Shown: positions 1 to 9,411, counted from the first letter of the stretch. The stretch: DNA of 64,000 bases from Desulfobacteraceae bacterium (GCA_030593145.1 JAUVHU010000006.1:1121-65120), one strand, 5' to 3'. Program-made: numbers and translations. The notes: generated by a model from the letters alone, not told the origin.

Positions 1-2
1 CT

Positions 3-1031
3 GTCACATCACCGCCCTTGCTTGATAAGTTCAATGCTGAGCTTCCTGTTTACCTTTTGGAGGTAGCCCGGCCTGATAAGGAACGAACTTATCGCCTGGA
101 TGATTTCTACCCTTTGTTCAACGAACAAGGATTGGTTCACATTGATATTGTGGGAAGTGATGGAGAGAACAAACCCGGGCTTACCTACCATGGCTTGCAA
201 AAGGACACCAGGCCCTTTTTCCAAAAGGCACATTTTCACTTTAATGCTCCTGAGTTTGAGGCTTTCGGGCTTACCATACTTGAGGCATATCAAGGCGGGG
301 CCATTCCTGTTGCTCAGGCTACCGGAGGTTTAAGAGAACTGGTAACAAATAAAAAAACGGGCTACCTGTTCAAAGAGAGGACGAATTTCGATGATGTTAA
401 AGAAATGCTGCGTCAAATCGTCCTGGAGTATCTGAAAAACCCCGGAAAATTTGCAGGAATAGCGAGCGAAGGATACAATCAACTGAAGCAAAACTATTCC
501 ATCGAGACCTGCGTTCAATCTTATCGGGAATTATACAAAGTTCTTCAGCGTAAAAACAGACCCGTATGGGACAAAGGATGGTCACCGGAATTTGGAATGT
601 TCTACGATCTTTTCGGGCTTAAGAGACTTTCTCCGGAAATGGCGGTTTCGTTGTCGTCTCAGATGCGAGACCCACAGGAAAGGGCTATGGCTTTTTTGCG
701 TAGCGCTCAGTTATTTCTTCCTGCCTCTCCACAGAAGGCCAGCGAATGTTTGGAACAAATTACAGAAGAGCCGCTTGATATATACGACTTCTACTTTGCA
801 AAATATGAAACAAATTATTTGTTTGGCAACATAAACAGCGCAGAAGCGAATTTATGCCAATGCATGGAAATAGTACCTGAACGCATGGAGCCTTATCTAA
901 CATTTGCTGATCTTCTCCTGCGAAGAAGAGATATTAAAAGGGCACTTGACGTGCTGATTTCGTATCAAAAACAAAATGGCTCCTCACAGGTTGTTGATTC
1001 CTTTATACAAAAAATCAACGCACTAAAATAA
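3..1031 (+). CDS. glycosyltransferase (GT-B fold, GT1/GT4-type C-terminal domain) with helical-repeat tail; 5' end cut by window edge
   Basis: The frame is open from nt 3. EAFGLTILEAYQGGAIPVAQATGGLRELV..GYLF is the donor-binding region typical of GT1/GT4 enzymes. The C-terminal part is TPR-like. Confidence 0.7.
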   Translation, partial: VTSPPLLDKFNAELPVYLLEVARPDKERTYRLDDFYPLFNEQGLVHIDIVGSDGENKPGLTYHGLQKDTRPFFQKAHFHFNAPEFEAFGLTILEAYQGGAIPVAQATGGLRELVTNKKTGYLFKERTNFDDVKEMLRQIVLEYLKNPGKFAGIASEGYNQLKQNYSIETCVQSYRELYKVLQRKNRPVWDKGWSPEFGMFYDLFGLKRLSPEMAVSLSSQMRDPQERAMAFLRSAQLFLPASPQKASECLEQITEEPLDIYDFYFAKYETNYLFGNINSAEANLCQCMEIVPERMEPYLTFADLLLRRRDIKRALDVLISYQKQNGSSQVVDSFIQKINALK

Positions 1032-1055
1032 ATTCGTTTGACATTACCAATTAAA

Positions 1056-2036
1056 ATGAAATTACTTGTCTTTAACTGCCATGAAGCTTGGGTGTATCAG
1101 CTCGGTGCATTGAAATGTGACCTTGATATAATTGTAGGATTAAAGGGCCGTTATACCGATGGATGGGATGAACAGATGCGTCCTCTCCCTTCAAATGCGA
1201 GGACGATCAGTTTGTCAGAGGCATTGGAAGCTCAAATCCCTTATCACTGCATAATATGTCACAACATAACCGATTTGCTTGATGTCAAATCCCTGTCAGG
1301 ACCTCGCATAATTGTCCTTCACTCTACCCTTGATGGTCGATTGCAAGAGGAACGGTCCGATCTACCTCCGGAAAAATTGAAGAGTATGCTTTCACATTAT
1401 CTTAAACTTGTGGGAGGCCATGCTGTAAGCATCTCACCACTCAAAGGGGCTTCGTGGGGCTTATCAGAGGACATAGTCACTGCCGGGGTGGAAACCGATG
1501 ATTATCTACCCTACACAGGGGATGAAGCAAAAGGGCTTCGTATTTGCAATGAGATCTCAAAACGCAAAAAAATCCTTTACTGGGATCTCCATGAAGAAGC
1601 CTTCCATGATCTTCCCATACAGATCGTTGGACATAATCCAGACATGTCAAGAGTTGAACCTGCTCGCAATTGGAATCATCTCAAACAAATGCTGAGTTCT
1701 CATCGCTTCTATATTCACACTGCTGATTCAAGATTTGAAGACGGGTATAATATGGCCACCTTAGAGGCGATGGCCGCCGGTATGCCGATTTTAGGGAATC
1801 GCCATCCGACATCACCGGTAGAGCATGGTATAAGCGGGTTTCTTTCCGATAATCCTGATGAATTACGCTCTTATGCGAATAAGCTCATAGCGGATAGAAA
1901 CTTAGCGGTCAGGATGGGGGAGGCGGCACGTAAGATGGTTGCAGAAAGGTTCTCCCCGGCAAAGTTTAAGGAAGGTTTTACCCGTTCCATTCAAACCGCC
2001 TGCATCAAGCGGAAGGCCAATAGTAACAATTTATGA
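1056..2036 (+). CDS. glycosyltransferase family 1 (GT4-type)
   Basis: The ORF spans 1038-2036, with a likely ATG at 1056 (MKLLVFNCHEAW). EDGYNMATLEAMAAGMPILG..GISGFL is a GT1/GT4 C-domain motif. Confidence 0.7.
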   Translation: MKLLVFNCHEAWVYQLGALKCDLDIIVGLKGRYTDGWDEQMRPLPSNARTISLSEALEAQIPYHCIICHNITDLLDVKSLSGPRIIVLHSTLDGRLQEERSDLPPEKLKSMLSHYLKLVGGHAVSISPLKGASWGLSEDIVTAGVETDDYLPYTGDEAKGLRICNEISKRKKILYWDLHEEAFHDLPIQIVGHNPDMSRVEPARNWNHLKQMLSSHRFYIHTADSRFEDGYNMATLEAMAAGMPILGNRHPTSPVEHGISGFLSDNPDELRSYANKLIADRNLAVRMGEAARKMVAERFSPAKFKEGFTRSIQTACIKRKANSNNL

Positions 2037-4801
2037 GTCTTGATCAAACAACAAACAGCTATTCTTTACTCATCGTTCAGGTTGAACCACCGCAACGGGA
2101 AGATGGAGGTGATTATTATTACCGGACCTTCGCGCCCGGCCTTGCTATGGCACAACAACAAGGCGTCTATGTCATCAATTTGACCAACGTCCACAGTAAA
2201 AAAGAAGAGATTATGAGGCAGGCTGATGTTTTGGTCTTAAAGAACATCTGTGATCCAGACTTCTTTCCCCTCATTAAAGATAGGAAAGAGCAAGGAAAAC
2301 TTACTGTCTATGAATTAGCAGACGATCTTTGCGCTATACCTCCATGGAATCCGGTCCATTTTTTTTACAAGGACCAGGAAAATCTCCTTCTTTTTAAAAG
2401 ATCAGCCAACTATTGCGATGCCATTCAATTTAGTGTGCCTGAACTTCAAAGATTGTACAGTTATTTGAACCCTTGTTCGGCTGTCTTTCCAAACCAAATT
2501 ACGGACATACCTCCTGAGAGAAAATTTGAAAACTCTAAGAAGATTATCATCGGCTGGGGCGGTTCCCACGGACATCTGGAAGATATGGCTGAAGTAGCAG
2601 GAGTTCTCATGGACTGGATCATATCAAAAGATAATGTACACCTTTATCTAATGTGTTCAGATCCAATCTGGACACTCTTTGAACATTTGCCGGCAAAGCG
2701 AAAAAAGCGTTTTAAGCCCGGTTCTTTGGATGATTATTGCTCGTTTCTAAAAAAGATCGACATCGGCCTTGCTCCGCTAAAAGATACTGCATTCAACAGA
2801 TCCAGATCAGACGTAAAGTTTTTGGAATATGCTGTTCACGGAGTTGTGCCGGTTGTGCAGGCATCTGTTCCATATATATTCACCGTCAAGCACGGAGAGA
2901 CAGGCTTTTTGTTTGAAGATGCATCCGGGATGTTAGATGTCCTTGAGATGCTCACAGATGATGGTAATCTTATTTCCAAAGTGGCGCAAAACGCCAGGGA
3001 ATATGTCATAAAGGATCGTCTTCAGCATCGCCACGGAAAAGAAAGAATAGAGTTTTACAGAACAAGACTTGCTGAACTCAATTCAGGACAAAAAGTCAAT
3101 AGTGCCACTCATAAGATATTTGAAGGTTTCTGCAATATTGAGGGGGCCATTCAAAAAGGCCGGCATTTGAGATTAATGCCGACCAAATTTGAAAATTTAT
3201 TGCATGACGGGTTGGTATTTAGCCAGGTGGAAGGCAATGCCTCATCTGCGCAAGCACTTTTTTCAAAGGCCTCTCGATTGGAACCGAACAATTATTTGCC
3301 TTATTTATTTGGGGCTTCTTGTTCCGGTAATCCAGTTGATTCCCTGCGGCAGGCCATTAAAAAAAATCCACATTCTCTAAAATCGTGGATTTTGTTAGGC
3401 GAAGAATATGCGAAGAATGGAGATGTTGTAAGAGCCCTGAAGTGCTTTGAGTATGCTGCCGAAATTTTTCCTGAATATGAAATTCCTTATGTTAGAACTG
3501 CAAGAATCATGAGGGGATTGCAAAGAAAGACAGATTGGATATCTCTTCTTGATAAGGTACAACATTGTCTATCATACTCCGTTCCCCGATCCCGGGAGGA
3601 TAAGGCGATTTGCCCTTTACCTCAGACAAGTTTGAATCGAACAAAGCGTGTTCTACTACTGGCTTCCGAAAATGGAATGATTCATCATGATTGTCTGGAT
3701 GGCTTTAGGGCCTTGGGCTGGGAGACTTCATTCGAACCCTTTGGAACCGGGAAACATAACGAACCGGATGCCTATGAAAAATTGGTCTTTAAGATATACT
3801 CCTATCATCCTCATCTTGTCCTTTCAATCAATCAGGTAGGATGCGACCTGGATGGCTATATTCTCTCTGCCCTTTCAAAGGCAGGAATTCCTGCCGTCAT
3901 CTGGTATGTAGATAACCCCTTTGCTCTTCTATCTAATGATCCTGTCCAAATGGTTCAACATGCTTCCCTTCTGGCATGTTTTGACTCCTCGTATGTGGAG
4001 GAACTTACAAAGCAGACCGGGGTTACGTCCGTTCACTTGCCCCTTGGAACAAATCCAAAGAGGTTTAATTCTCCCGTCTCATGTGCTTTAGAGCCGGAAT
4101 GGAACATTTCTTTTGTCGGAAACCTTGGCCTTGATATGGTATCTCGCCAGCGGGTAGCACTGAACAACGACCATCCTCATCTTGTTAATCTGGTAGATGA
4201 AATTGTAAAGAAAATGACATCCGGTCTATCAAAATCCTCCCGCGATTTGATAGAAACCCATGCGTCATTACTTTCAATTGACTGGCATGCCCTTCCACAG
4301 GGTCTTCAAGAAAGAATTTGCATCGTGGCAGAAACGGATGCATCAGCACAAAGGCGTGTTCAGATTATTTCAACACTGAGCAATCAGGGAATTAAGGTAG
4401 TTGGCCATCCTGAATGGCGCCCCTATTTACAATTGGAGCAACTCATTCCCCCCGTTGATTATTTAAAAGGATTGTGTCCGGTATATCAGAAAAGTCGAAT
4501 CAACCTGAACATTTCAAGATTTCAGTTGCGAACAGGTGTCAACCAACGTGTATTTGATGTTCCGGCAGCAGGTGCTTTTTTGTTAACCGATAGGACACAT
4601 GAACTGGGACAATATTTTCAGATAAATGAAGAGATTGCCGTTTATGAAGATGCCGAGGATATTAAGCTAAAAGTAAAATATTATCTAACCCATGAACAAG
4701 AAAGGCTGGCAATGATTAATAAAGCCCGTAACAGAGTTCTGCATGAACATACATACGCCAATCGAATGAAATCATTAATCAAGATGATAGGATTGAAGTA
4801 A
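2033..4801 (+). CDS. multidomain glycosyltransferase-like protein (N-terminal GT-like region, TPR repeats, C-terminal CgeB/DUF3880-type domain)
   Basis: ATGA start/stop overlap with the upstream gene. TPR-like SWILLGEEYAKNGDVVRALKCFEYAAEIFPEY. The C-terminal RINLNISR..GVNQRVFDVPAAGAFLLTD..VYEDAEDIKLKVKYYL..ARNRVLHEHTYANR resembles CgeB-like GT domains. Confidence 0.6.
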   Translation: MSLDQTTNSYSLLIVQVEPPQREDGGDYYYRTFAPGLAMAQQQGVYVINLTNVHSKKEEIMRQADVLVLKNICDPDFFPLIKDRKEQGKLTVYELADDLCAIPPWNPVHFFYKDQENLLLFKRSANYCDAIQFSVPELQRLYSYLNPCSAVFPNQITDIPPERKFENSKKIIIGWGGSHGHLEDMAEVAGVLMDWIISKDNVHLYLMCSDPIWTLFEHLPAKRKKRFKPGSLDDYCSFLKKIDIGLAPLKDTAFNRSRSDVKFLEYAVHGVVPVVQASVPYIFTVKHGETGFLFEDASGMLDVLEMLTDDGNLISKVAQNAREYVIKDRLQHRHGKERIEFYRTRLAELNSGQKVNSATHKIFEGFCNIEGAIQKGRHLRLMPTKFENLLHDGLVFSQVEGNASSAQALFSKASRLEPNNYLPYLFGASCSGNPVDSLRQAIKKNPHSLKSWILLGEEYAKNGDVVRALKCFEYAAEIFPEYEIPYVRTARIMRGLQRKTDWISLLDKVQHCLSYSVPRSREDKAICPLPQTSLNRTKRVLLLASENGMIHHDCLDGFRALGWETSFEPFGTGKHNEPDAYEKLVFKIYSYHPHLVLSINQVGCDLDGYILSALSKAGIPAVIWYVDNPFALLSNDPVQMVQHASLLACFDSSYVEELTKQTGVTSVHLPLGTNPKRFNSPVSCALEPEWNISFVGNLGLDMVSRQRVALNNDHPHLVNLVDEIVKKMTSGLSKSSRDLIETHASLLSIDWHALPQGLQERICIVAETDASAQRRVQIISTLSNQGIKVVGHPEWRPYLQLEQLIPPVDYLKGLCPVYQKSRINLNISRFQLRTGVNQRVFDVPAAGAFLLTDRTHELGQYFQINEEIAVYEDAEDIKLKVKYYLTHEQERLAMINKARNRVLHEHTYANRMKSLIKMIGLK

Positions 4802-4864
4802 GTAATTAAAAGTAATCTCGAACATGAATCGTTCAAAAATTCACTGAATGAAAGGAAAATATAT

Positions 4865-6646
4865 TTGAAAGCAACCGAACCTCAATATCAGCAGGCGTTG
4901 CCTGAAGAATTTTCCGTCACCACACTTGAAAAAAATTTAGCTGCTTTGGCTACCATCAATGAGAATTTATTTCAGCGTATATGCCTGCCGGTTGATGGTA
5001 CCCATGTCCATTTTCTCAAAAACGGCGAAATTAGCTATCAAATAAACCAAACCCTTTTTCCATTTGTCTTGGACAAAGAAAAGCTGGAAGAGACATTGAA
5101 AGATGTAAATAGTTCGAAAGATATCCTGCTTTTCGGTATTGGACTGGGCGAGCAGCTTAATTATTTGCTCGAACGGTTCACGGAGGTCGGAATCACAGCC
5201 TGGGATCGGGACCCCTGGCTTATTCGCCTGGCGCTGATGCAGAGAGACTACAGTCACCATCTTCGTTCCGGCCGGCTGCAACTGCGTATGGGCGTTGATA
5301 TTTTGGATATCGTTGATATGGCTAAAAACACCCCTGTCGTGATTCATCCCTTGTTACGTTCGTTTTACAAAAATGAGTGGAAATTACTTAAAACCGGCGT
5401 TGGAGAAAAGCGAGCCATTATATGTTCGGGCGGGCTTTTTGTGGACGATGTAAGTAATGCTCTGGAAGGGTTTGGTTATACACTTTACACATTAGACGTA
5501 ACAAGGTTATCTGTTGAAGAAATATCGCTAAATATCAAACGATTCAATCCTCAGGTGGCTTTTGCCGTTAATTATACAAACGGTCTTGCAGAATTGTTCG
5601 AAAGTCACGGCGTAGATCTGATTTGCTGGGAGGTAGATCCTGCCACAGACCACCTTAAGCCGATCAGTACAAGCTCGGATCGTGCCTATGTCTTTACTTA
5701 CCGAGAAGCTAATGTTGAGGAATTTGTCAAGGCCGGGTTTAAGAATGTAGAACATCTTCCCCTTGCTTCTGATACTGAAAAAAGATTGCCGACACAACTT
5801 TCCCAAGAGGAACACGACATCTATGACGCCAAATTGTCTTTTGTTGGTTCGAGCATGACAGAAAATGCGATATCCCTCCGTAAAATCTTTCTTTCACAAT
5901 ACAAGGCTTGTCAGGATGGATCTGCTGATGCGGTGGAAGAGGGAAATCGTCTTTTAGAAGAGATTTTATCCGTGCAGCGGCAAAATTTCTCTGTTTATGT
6001 AATCCCTGATCTTTTAGATAAATATTTTTCCGGCTTCATCAGCTACCTTTTGAAGCTTCCCGGCGCCCATAATCCATTCATCCTGGTTGGTGAAATTGCG
6101 GCAGCGGAAAAGCGGGCTAACTACATTGCAAATCTGGGCAGCCTCGGTGTAAAGGTCTGGGGTGATGATGGGTGGCTGAGTACAGAGCAATTTGGAGTAA
6201 AGTATATGGGGAGCGCCGGACACACATTTGAGATCAACAAGATTTACAGTGCATCCAGCATCAACGTGGATATCAACAGGTTATATCAGATGGATATTAT
6301 ACCGATGCGGATTTTTGATATCATGGCCTGCGGCGGTTTTATTCTGGCCGAATACAGCAAAGAGTTAAGTAACATCTTTGAGATAGGCAAGGAGGTTGAA
6401 ACATACAGCACGTTAGACGAATTGGTCTCAAAAGCGACCTACTATCTTGATCATGAATCCGAAGCATTGGAAATCGCAAAGCGGGGCAGGGGAGCAGTAC
6501 TTAAAAAGCACACGATATCCGGTAGGGTGAAGCATATGCTAAAGGCCTGCGTTAAAGAATGTTCACCGTTTTCCGACGTGCAACCGACAACCGACAACGA
6601 ACAACGGTCAACGGATAACGGCCAACGGCTAACCGATAACGGATAA
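4865..6646 (+). CDS. Maf-N-terminal-like module fused to CgeB/DUF3880-type glycosyltransferase domain
   Basis: The N-terminus parallels the Maf protein at 23761 (LEKNLAAL..INENL vs LEQNLNVL..KDPDL; LLFGIGLGEQLNYLL vs IFMGLGLGYHLDLFF). The C-terminal INVDINR..MRIFDIMACGGFILAEYS..TLDELVSKATYYL is CgeB-like. The last ~20 codons (QPTTDNEQRSTDNGQRLTDNG) are read from a heptamer array. Confidence 0.55.
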   Translation: MKATEPQYQQALPEEFSVTTLEKNLAALATINENLFQRICLPVDGTHVHFLKNGEISYQINQTLFPFVLDKEKLEETLKDVNSSKDILLFGIGLGEQLNYLLERFTEVGITAWDRDPWLIRLALMQRDYSHHLRSGRLQLRMGVDILDIVDMAKNTPVVIHPLLRSFYKNEWKLLKTGVGEKRAIICSGGLFVDDVSNALEGFGYTLYTLDVTRLSVEEISLNIKRFNPQVAFAVNYTNGLAELFESHGVDLICWEVDPATDHLKPISTSSDRAYVFTYREANVEEFVKAGFKNVEHLPLASDTEKRLPTQLSQEEHDIYDAKLSFVGSSMTENAISLRKIFLSQYKACQDGSADAVEEGNRLLEEILSVQRQNFSVYVIPDLLDKYFSGFISYLLKLPGAHNPFILVGEIAAAEKRANYIANLGSLGVKVWGDDGWLSTEQFGVKYMGSAGHTFEINKIYSASSINVDINRLYQMDIIPMRIFDIMACGGFILAEYSKELSNIFEIGKEVETYSTLDELVSKATYYLDHESEALEIAKRGRGAVLKKHTISGRVKHMLKACVKECSPFSDVQPTTDNEQRSTDNGQRLTDNG

Positions 6647-6686
6647 CGGATAACGGACAACAATGATTAACGGACAACAGATAACA
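6580..6686. repeat. 7-nt-period degenerate array, unit CGGAYAA
   Basis: ccgacaa ccgacaa cgaacaa cggtcaa cggataa cggccaa cggctaa ccgataa cggataa cggataa cggacaa. It spans the stop codon at 6644-6646. Confidence 0.85.
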
Positions 6687-7760
6687 ATGCCCAATGACCC
6701 AAAAGTAAGCGTTATTGTTCCAACATATAATAGGGCAGATATGATAGGATTCTGTATTGAGGCAGTCCTGTCTCAAACTATGCAGGATTTTGAACTCATC
6801 ATTGTTAGCGATGGCTCTACTGATGAAACGGAAATAGTAGTCAAAAATTATCATGATCCCCGAATATTATTTTTTGAAAAAGAAAATGGAGGACAGGCTT
6901 CAGCGCGTAATTTGGGCATAATCAAATCAATAGGAGAATATATATCCCTGTGTGACGATGATGATATATTTTATCCGGATCACCTAAAAACATTATGCGA
7001 TTTATTGGATACTCATAGAGATGTAGGATTGGGATATTCAGACGCAATATGGATATACAAGGATGCTTCAATAAAGCCTGAGGTAAGATTTTCGGAAGAT
7101 TTTGACAAAAAAAATCTGGAGAACTTCAACTATATCACAACGCAAACCGTCCTGTTCAGGAGATCATGTCTGAAAAATACCGAGCTATTTAATGAAGACC
7201 CATGTCTTAGGAATGGCTTGGAAGATTGGGAATTCTTTTTACGGTTTTCCGACAATTATGCTTTTTCTCATATAAAGAAGGTTTCATCTGAATACAATAT
7301 ACATGAAGGGAACTCATTTCACTCCGATTCAGGTTATGATTACAACAAAGCCTTCTTTCATGTTAGGACACAGAGATTTCAATATCTCACGGCAAAATTT
7401 GGCCATTTTATTTTTGATCATGTTGATCACATGTATCCATATCATTTGGTTCAATGTTATCTGAATAATGGAAAAATCAATGAGGGCCTTGAAATAGCTC
7501 AAAAACTTCAGCAGATTTATATGACATATAGCAAGAATAACAACAAAGCGCCATTTGCGGAGTTAGTGATCCTTTTTTCTCTCGGTATAAGCAATTTTGC
7601 CGCAGGTTATGAAACAAAAGCCAATAACTTCTTCAGAATTATCATTGACCACCCCTCCTACACATTAATTAAAGACCAATTTGACGAGTTTGCCAACCAG
7701 TATGTAAACAGAATACCTAATGCGGGACTTAAAGCCCTATTGAGGAAATATTTCCTGTGA
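6687..7760 (+). CDS. glycosyltransferase family 2
   Basis: The longest ORF starts at 6663 inside a repeat array. ATG 6687 gives MPNDPKVSVIVPTYNRADMI..LIIVSDGSTDET, a canonical GT-A/GT2 N-terminus, followed by an acidic CDDDD motif. Confidence 0.75.
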   Translation: MPNDPKVSVIVPTYNRADMIGFCIEAVLSQTMQDFELIIVSDGSTDETEIVVKNYHDPRILFFEKENGGQASARNLGIIKSIGEYISLCDDDDIFYPDHLKTLCDLLDTHRDVGLGYSDAIWIYKDASIKPEVRFSEDFDKKNLENFNYITTQTVLFRRSCLKNTELFNEDPCLRNGLEDWEFFLRFSDNYAFSHIKKVSSEYNIHEGNSFHSDSGYDYNKAFFHVRTQRFQYLTAKFGHFIFDHVDHMYPYHLVQCYLNNGKINEGLEIAQKLQQIYMTYSKNNNKAPFAELVILFSLGISNFAAGYETKANNFFRIIIDHPSYTLIKDQFDEFANQYVNRIPNAGLKALLRKYFL

Positions 7761-7848
7761 ACCAGGCAAGATTTACCTATCATTTTTTATGGCACATATT
7801 GATTGCCATAACTTATTGATTTTAAAGCAAACCTCATATCAATAATCA

Positions 7849-7864
7849 TGGCACATCCTTTGCA
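7849..7864 (+). promoter_or_regulatory. sigma54 (RpoN) -24/-12 promoter candidate for the pse operon
   Basis: TGGCAC-atcct-TTGCA is an exact match to the TGGCAC-N5-TTGCA consensus. It lies ~165 nt upstream of ATG 8028. Confidence 0.6.
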
Positions 7865-7941
7865 TTCTTTTAAGTTCATCTGAAAGTTAAATTAAAGTTT
7901 CAGCTTTTTCAAACCGAAGACAGTAATACCAACTAAAGAAC

Positions 7942-8020
7942 GTTATCTGTTGACAGTTGACAGTTTTCCGTTCACCGACGGACCACGGAATACGGACAAC
8001 GGAGAACAATAAATAACGGA
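7942..8020. repeat. 7-nt-period array, two polarities in phase
   Basis: gttatct gttgaca gttgaca gttttcc gttcacc gacggac cacggaa tacggac aacggag. Confidence 0.75.
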
Positions 8021-8027
8021 GTATGGC

Positions 8028-9344
8028 ATGAAATACCGAATTCAAAAAGTAAGCGAAAAAATAGAAGTCCCCAGATCGACGATTCGGTTTTGGGAGACGG
8101 AGTTTCCTGAATTAGTCAAGCCCGAAAGAACCAATGGCGGGCAAAGAAGATATTCCGAACAGGATATCAGCAATTTGCAGAAAATCAAAAACCTGCTTCA
8201 TCGTAAAAACAGAACCATTGATCAAGCCAGGATTATTCTTAAACAGGGAAATGCTGACGCAGGCAAGATTGACTGGCAAAATCAATCGATTCTTTTGACC
8301 GGTGGAACAGGTTCTTTTGGAAAGCACTTCTGCAAGGTCATGCTCGAAAAATATCACCCTAAGGTTATAAGAATATACAGCCGCGATGAATTAAAGCAGC
8401 ATGAGATGCGTCAAACATTTGGCGAGGATGTTATAAGATACTTTATCGGGGATGTGAGAGATGGTGACCGTCTGAAGAGAGCTATGGAAGGAATAGATAT
8501 TGTCATTCATGCAGCGGCTCTCAAGCAGGTTCCTTCCTGCGAATATAATCCTTTTGAGGCTGTTAAGACCAATATTTACGGCGCACAAAACGTTATTGAT
8601 GCTGCCATTGATGTAGGTGTCAAAAAAGTAGTTGCTTTAAGCACCGACAAGGCTGTAAATCCGGTCAATCTCTATGGGGCAACTAAGCTCTGCTCGGATA
8701 AGATCTTTATCCAGGGGAATTCCTACTCCGGCTCACGAGGCACACATTTTAGTTGTGTTCGGTACGGAAATGTTATTGGAAGTCGTGGCAGTGTTATCCC
8801 CCTTTTCAGGGAACAGAAAAAAACCGGCAAGATAACCATAACCGATGAACGAATGACAAGGTTCTGGCTTACCCTTGATCAGGCGGTTGAGCTCGTGGTC
8901 AATGCACTTTGTTACATGCAGGGCGGAGAAATCTTCGTGCCCAAGATTCCGAGCATGAAGATAATGGATCTGGCTAAGGCAATAGCCCCGCAATGTGATA
9001 TAGAAGTTATCGGCATAAGGCCGGGAGAAAAGATACACGAGGCTTTAATAACGGAAGAAGATGGGAGAAACACGGTGGCGTATAATGGCATGTATGTCAT
9101 TATGCCCAACAGTTCATGGTGGGAAAGGCAAAATTATAAAACCGGCAAAAAGCTACCCGATGATTTCATCTATGCCAGCGATACCAATGATGAGTGGCTG
9201 AGTGTAGAGGATTTAAAGAAAATCATCTATGAATCTTCCTCGGTTGAAGAAGATCCAGCCTCCAGATTGCTATCGACCATTCATCAGTTAAATGAAAAAG
9301 TTATTTTGAACATGCTAAATTCTGAGGAACGGACAACGAGGTAA
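8028..9344 (+). CDS. pseB: UDP-N-acetylglucosamine 4,6-dehydratase (inverting), PseB/FlaA1/CapD-type, with N-terminal MerR-type HTH extension
   Basis: ILLTGGTGSFGKHF Rossmann motif and ..IYSRDELKQHEM..DVRD..HAAALKQVP..YGATKLCSDK (SDR YxxxK). Residues 1-75 (VPRSTIRFWETEFPELVKPERTNGGQRRYSEQDISNLQKIKNLL) look like a MerR-family HTH. Confidence 0.8.
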   Translation: MKYRIQKVSEKIEVPRSTIRFWETEFPELVKPERTNGGQRRYSEQDISNLQKIKNLLHRKNRTIDQARIILKQGNADAGKIDWQNQSILLTGGTGSFGKHFCKVMLEKYHPKVIRIYSRDELKQHEMRQTFGEDVIRYFIGDVRDGDRLKRAMEGIDIVIHAAALKQVPSCEYNPFEAVKTNIYGAQNVIDAAIDVGVKKVVALSTDKAVNPVNLYGATKLCSDKIFIQGNSYSGSRGTHFSCVRYGNVIGSRGSVIPLFREQKKTGKITITDERMTRFWLTLDQAVELVVNALCYMQGGEIFVPKIPSMKIMDLAKAIAPQCDIEVIGIRPGEKIHEALITEEDGRNTVAYNGMYVIMPNSSWWERQNYKTGKKLPDDFIYASDTNDEWLSVEDLKKIIYESSSVEEDPASRLLSTIHQLNEKVILNMLNSEERTTR

Positions 9345-9411
9345 AGTATGAACAACGGACAACGGTGAACAATGCATAACGGACAACAGACAACAGACAA
9401 CGGACAACGAC
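9326..9411. repeat. 7-nt-period array (ACGGACA family) covering the pseB stop and pseC start
   Basis: gaacgga caacgag .. aacaacggacaacggtgaacaatgcataacggacaacagacaacagacaacggacaacga. Confidence 0.8.

Noticed and set aside
7790-7807. Second TGGCAC..TTGCC element as a sigma54 promoter
   Set aside because: The spacer between TGGCAC and TTGC is 7 nt rather than 5, so the GG-GC distance is wrong. It is kept only as a degenerate duplicate of the 7849 site.
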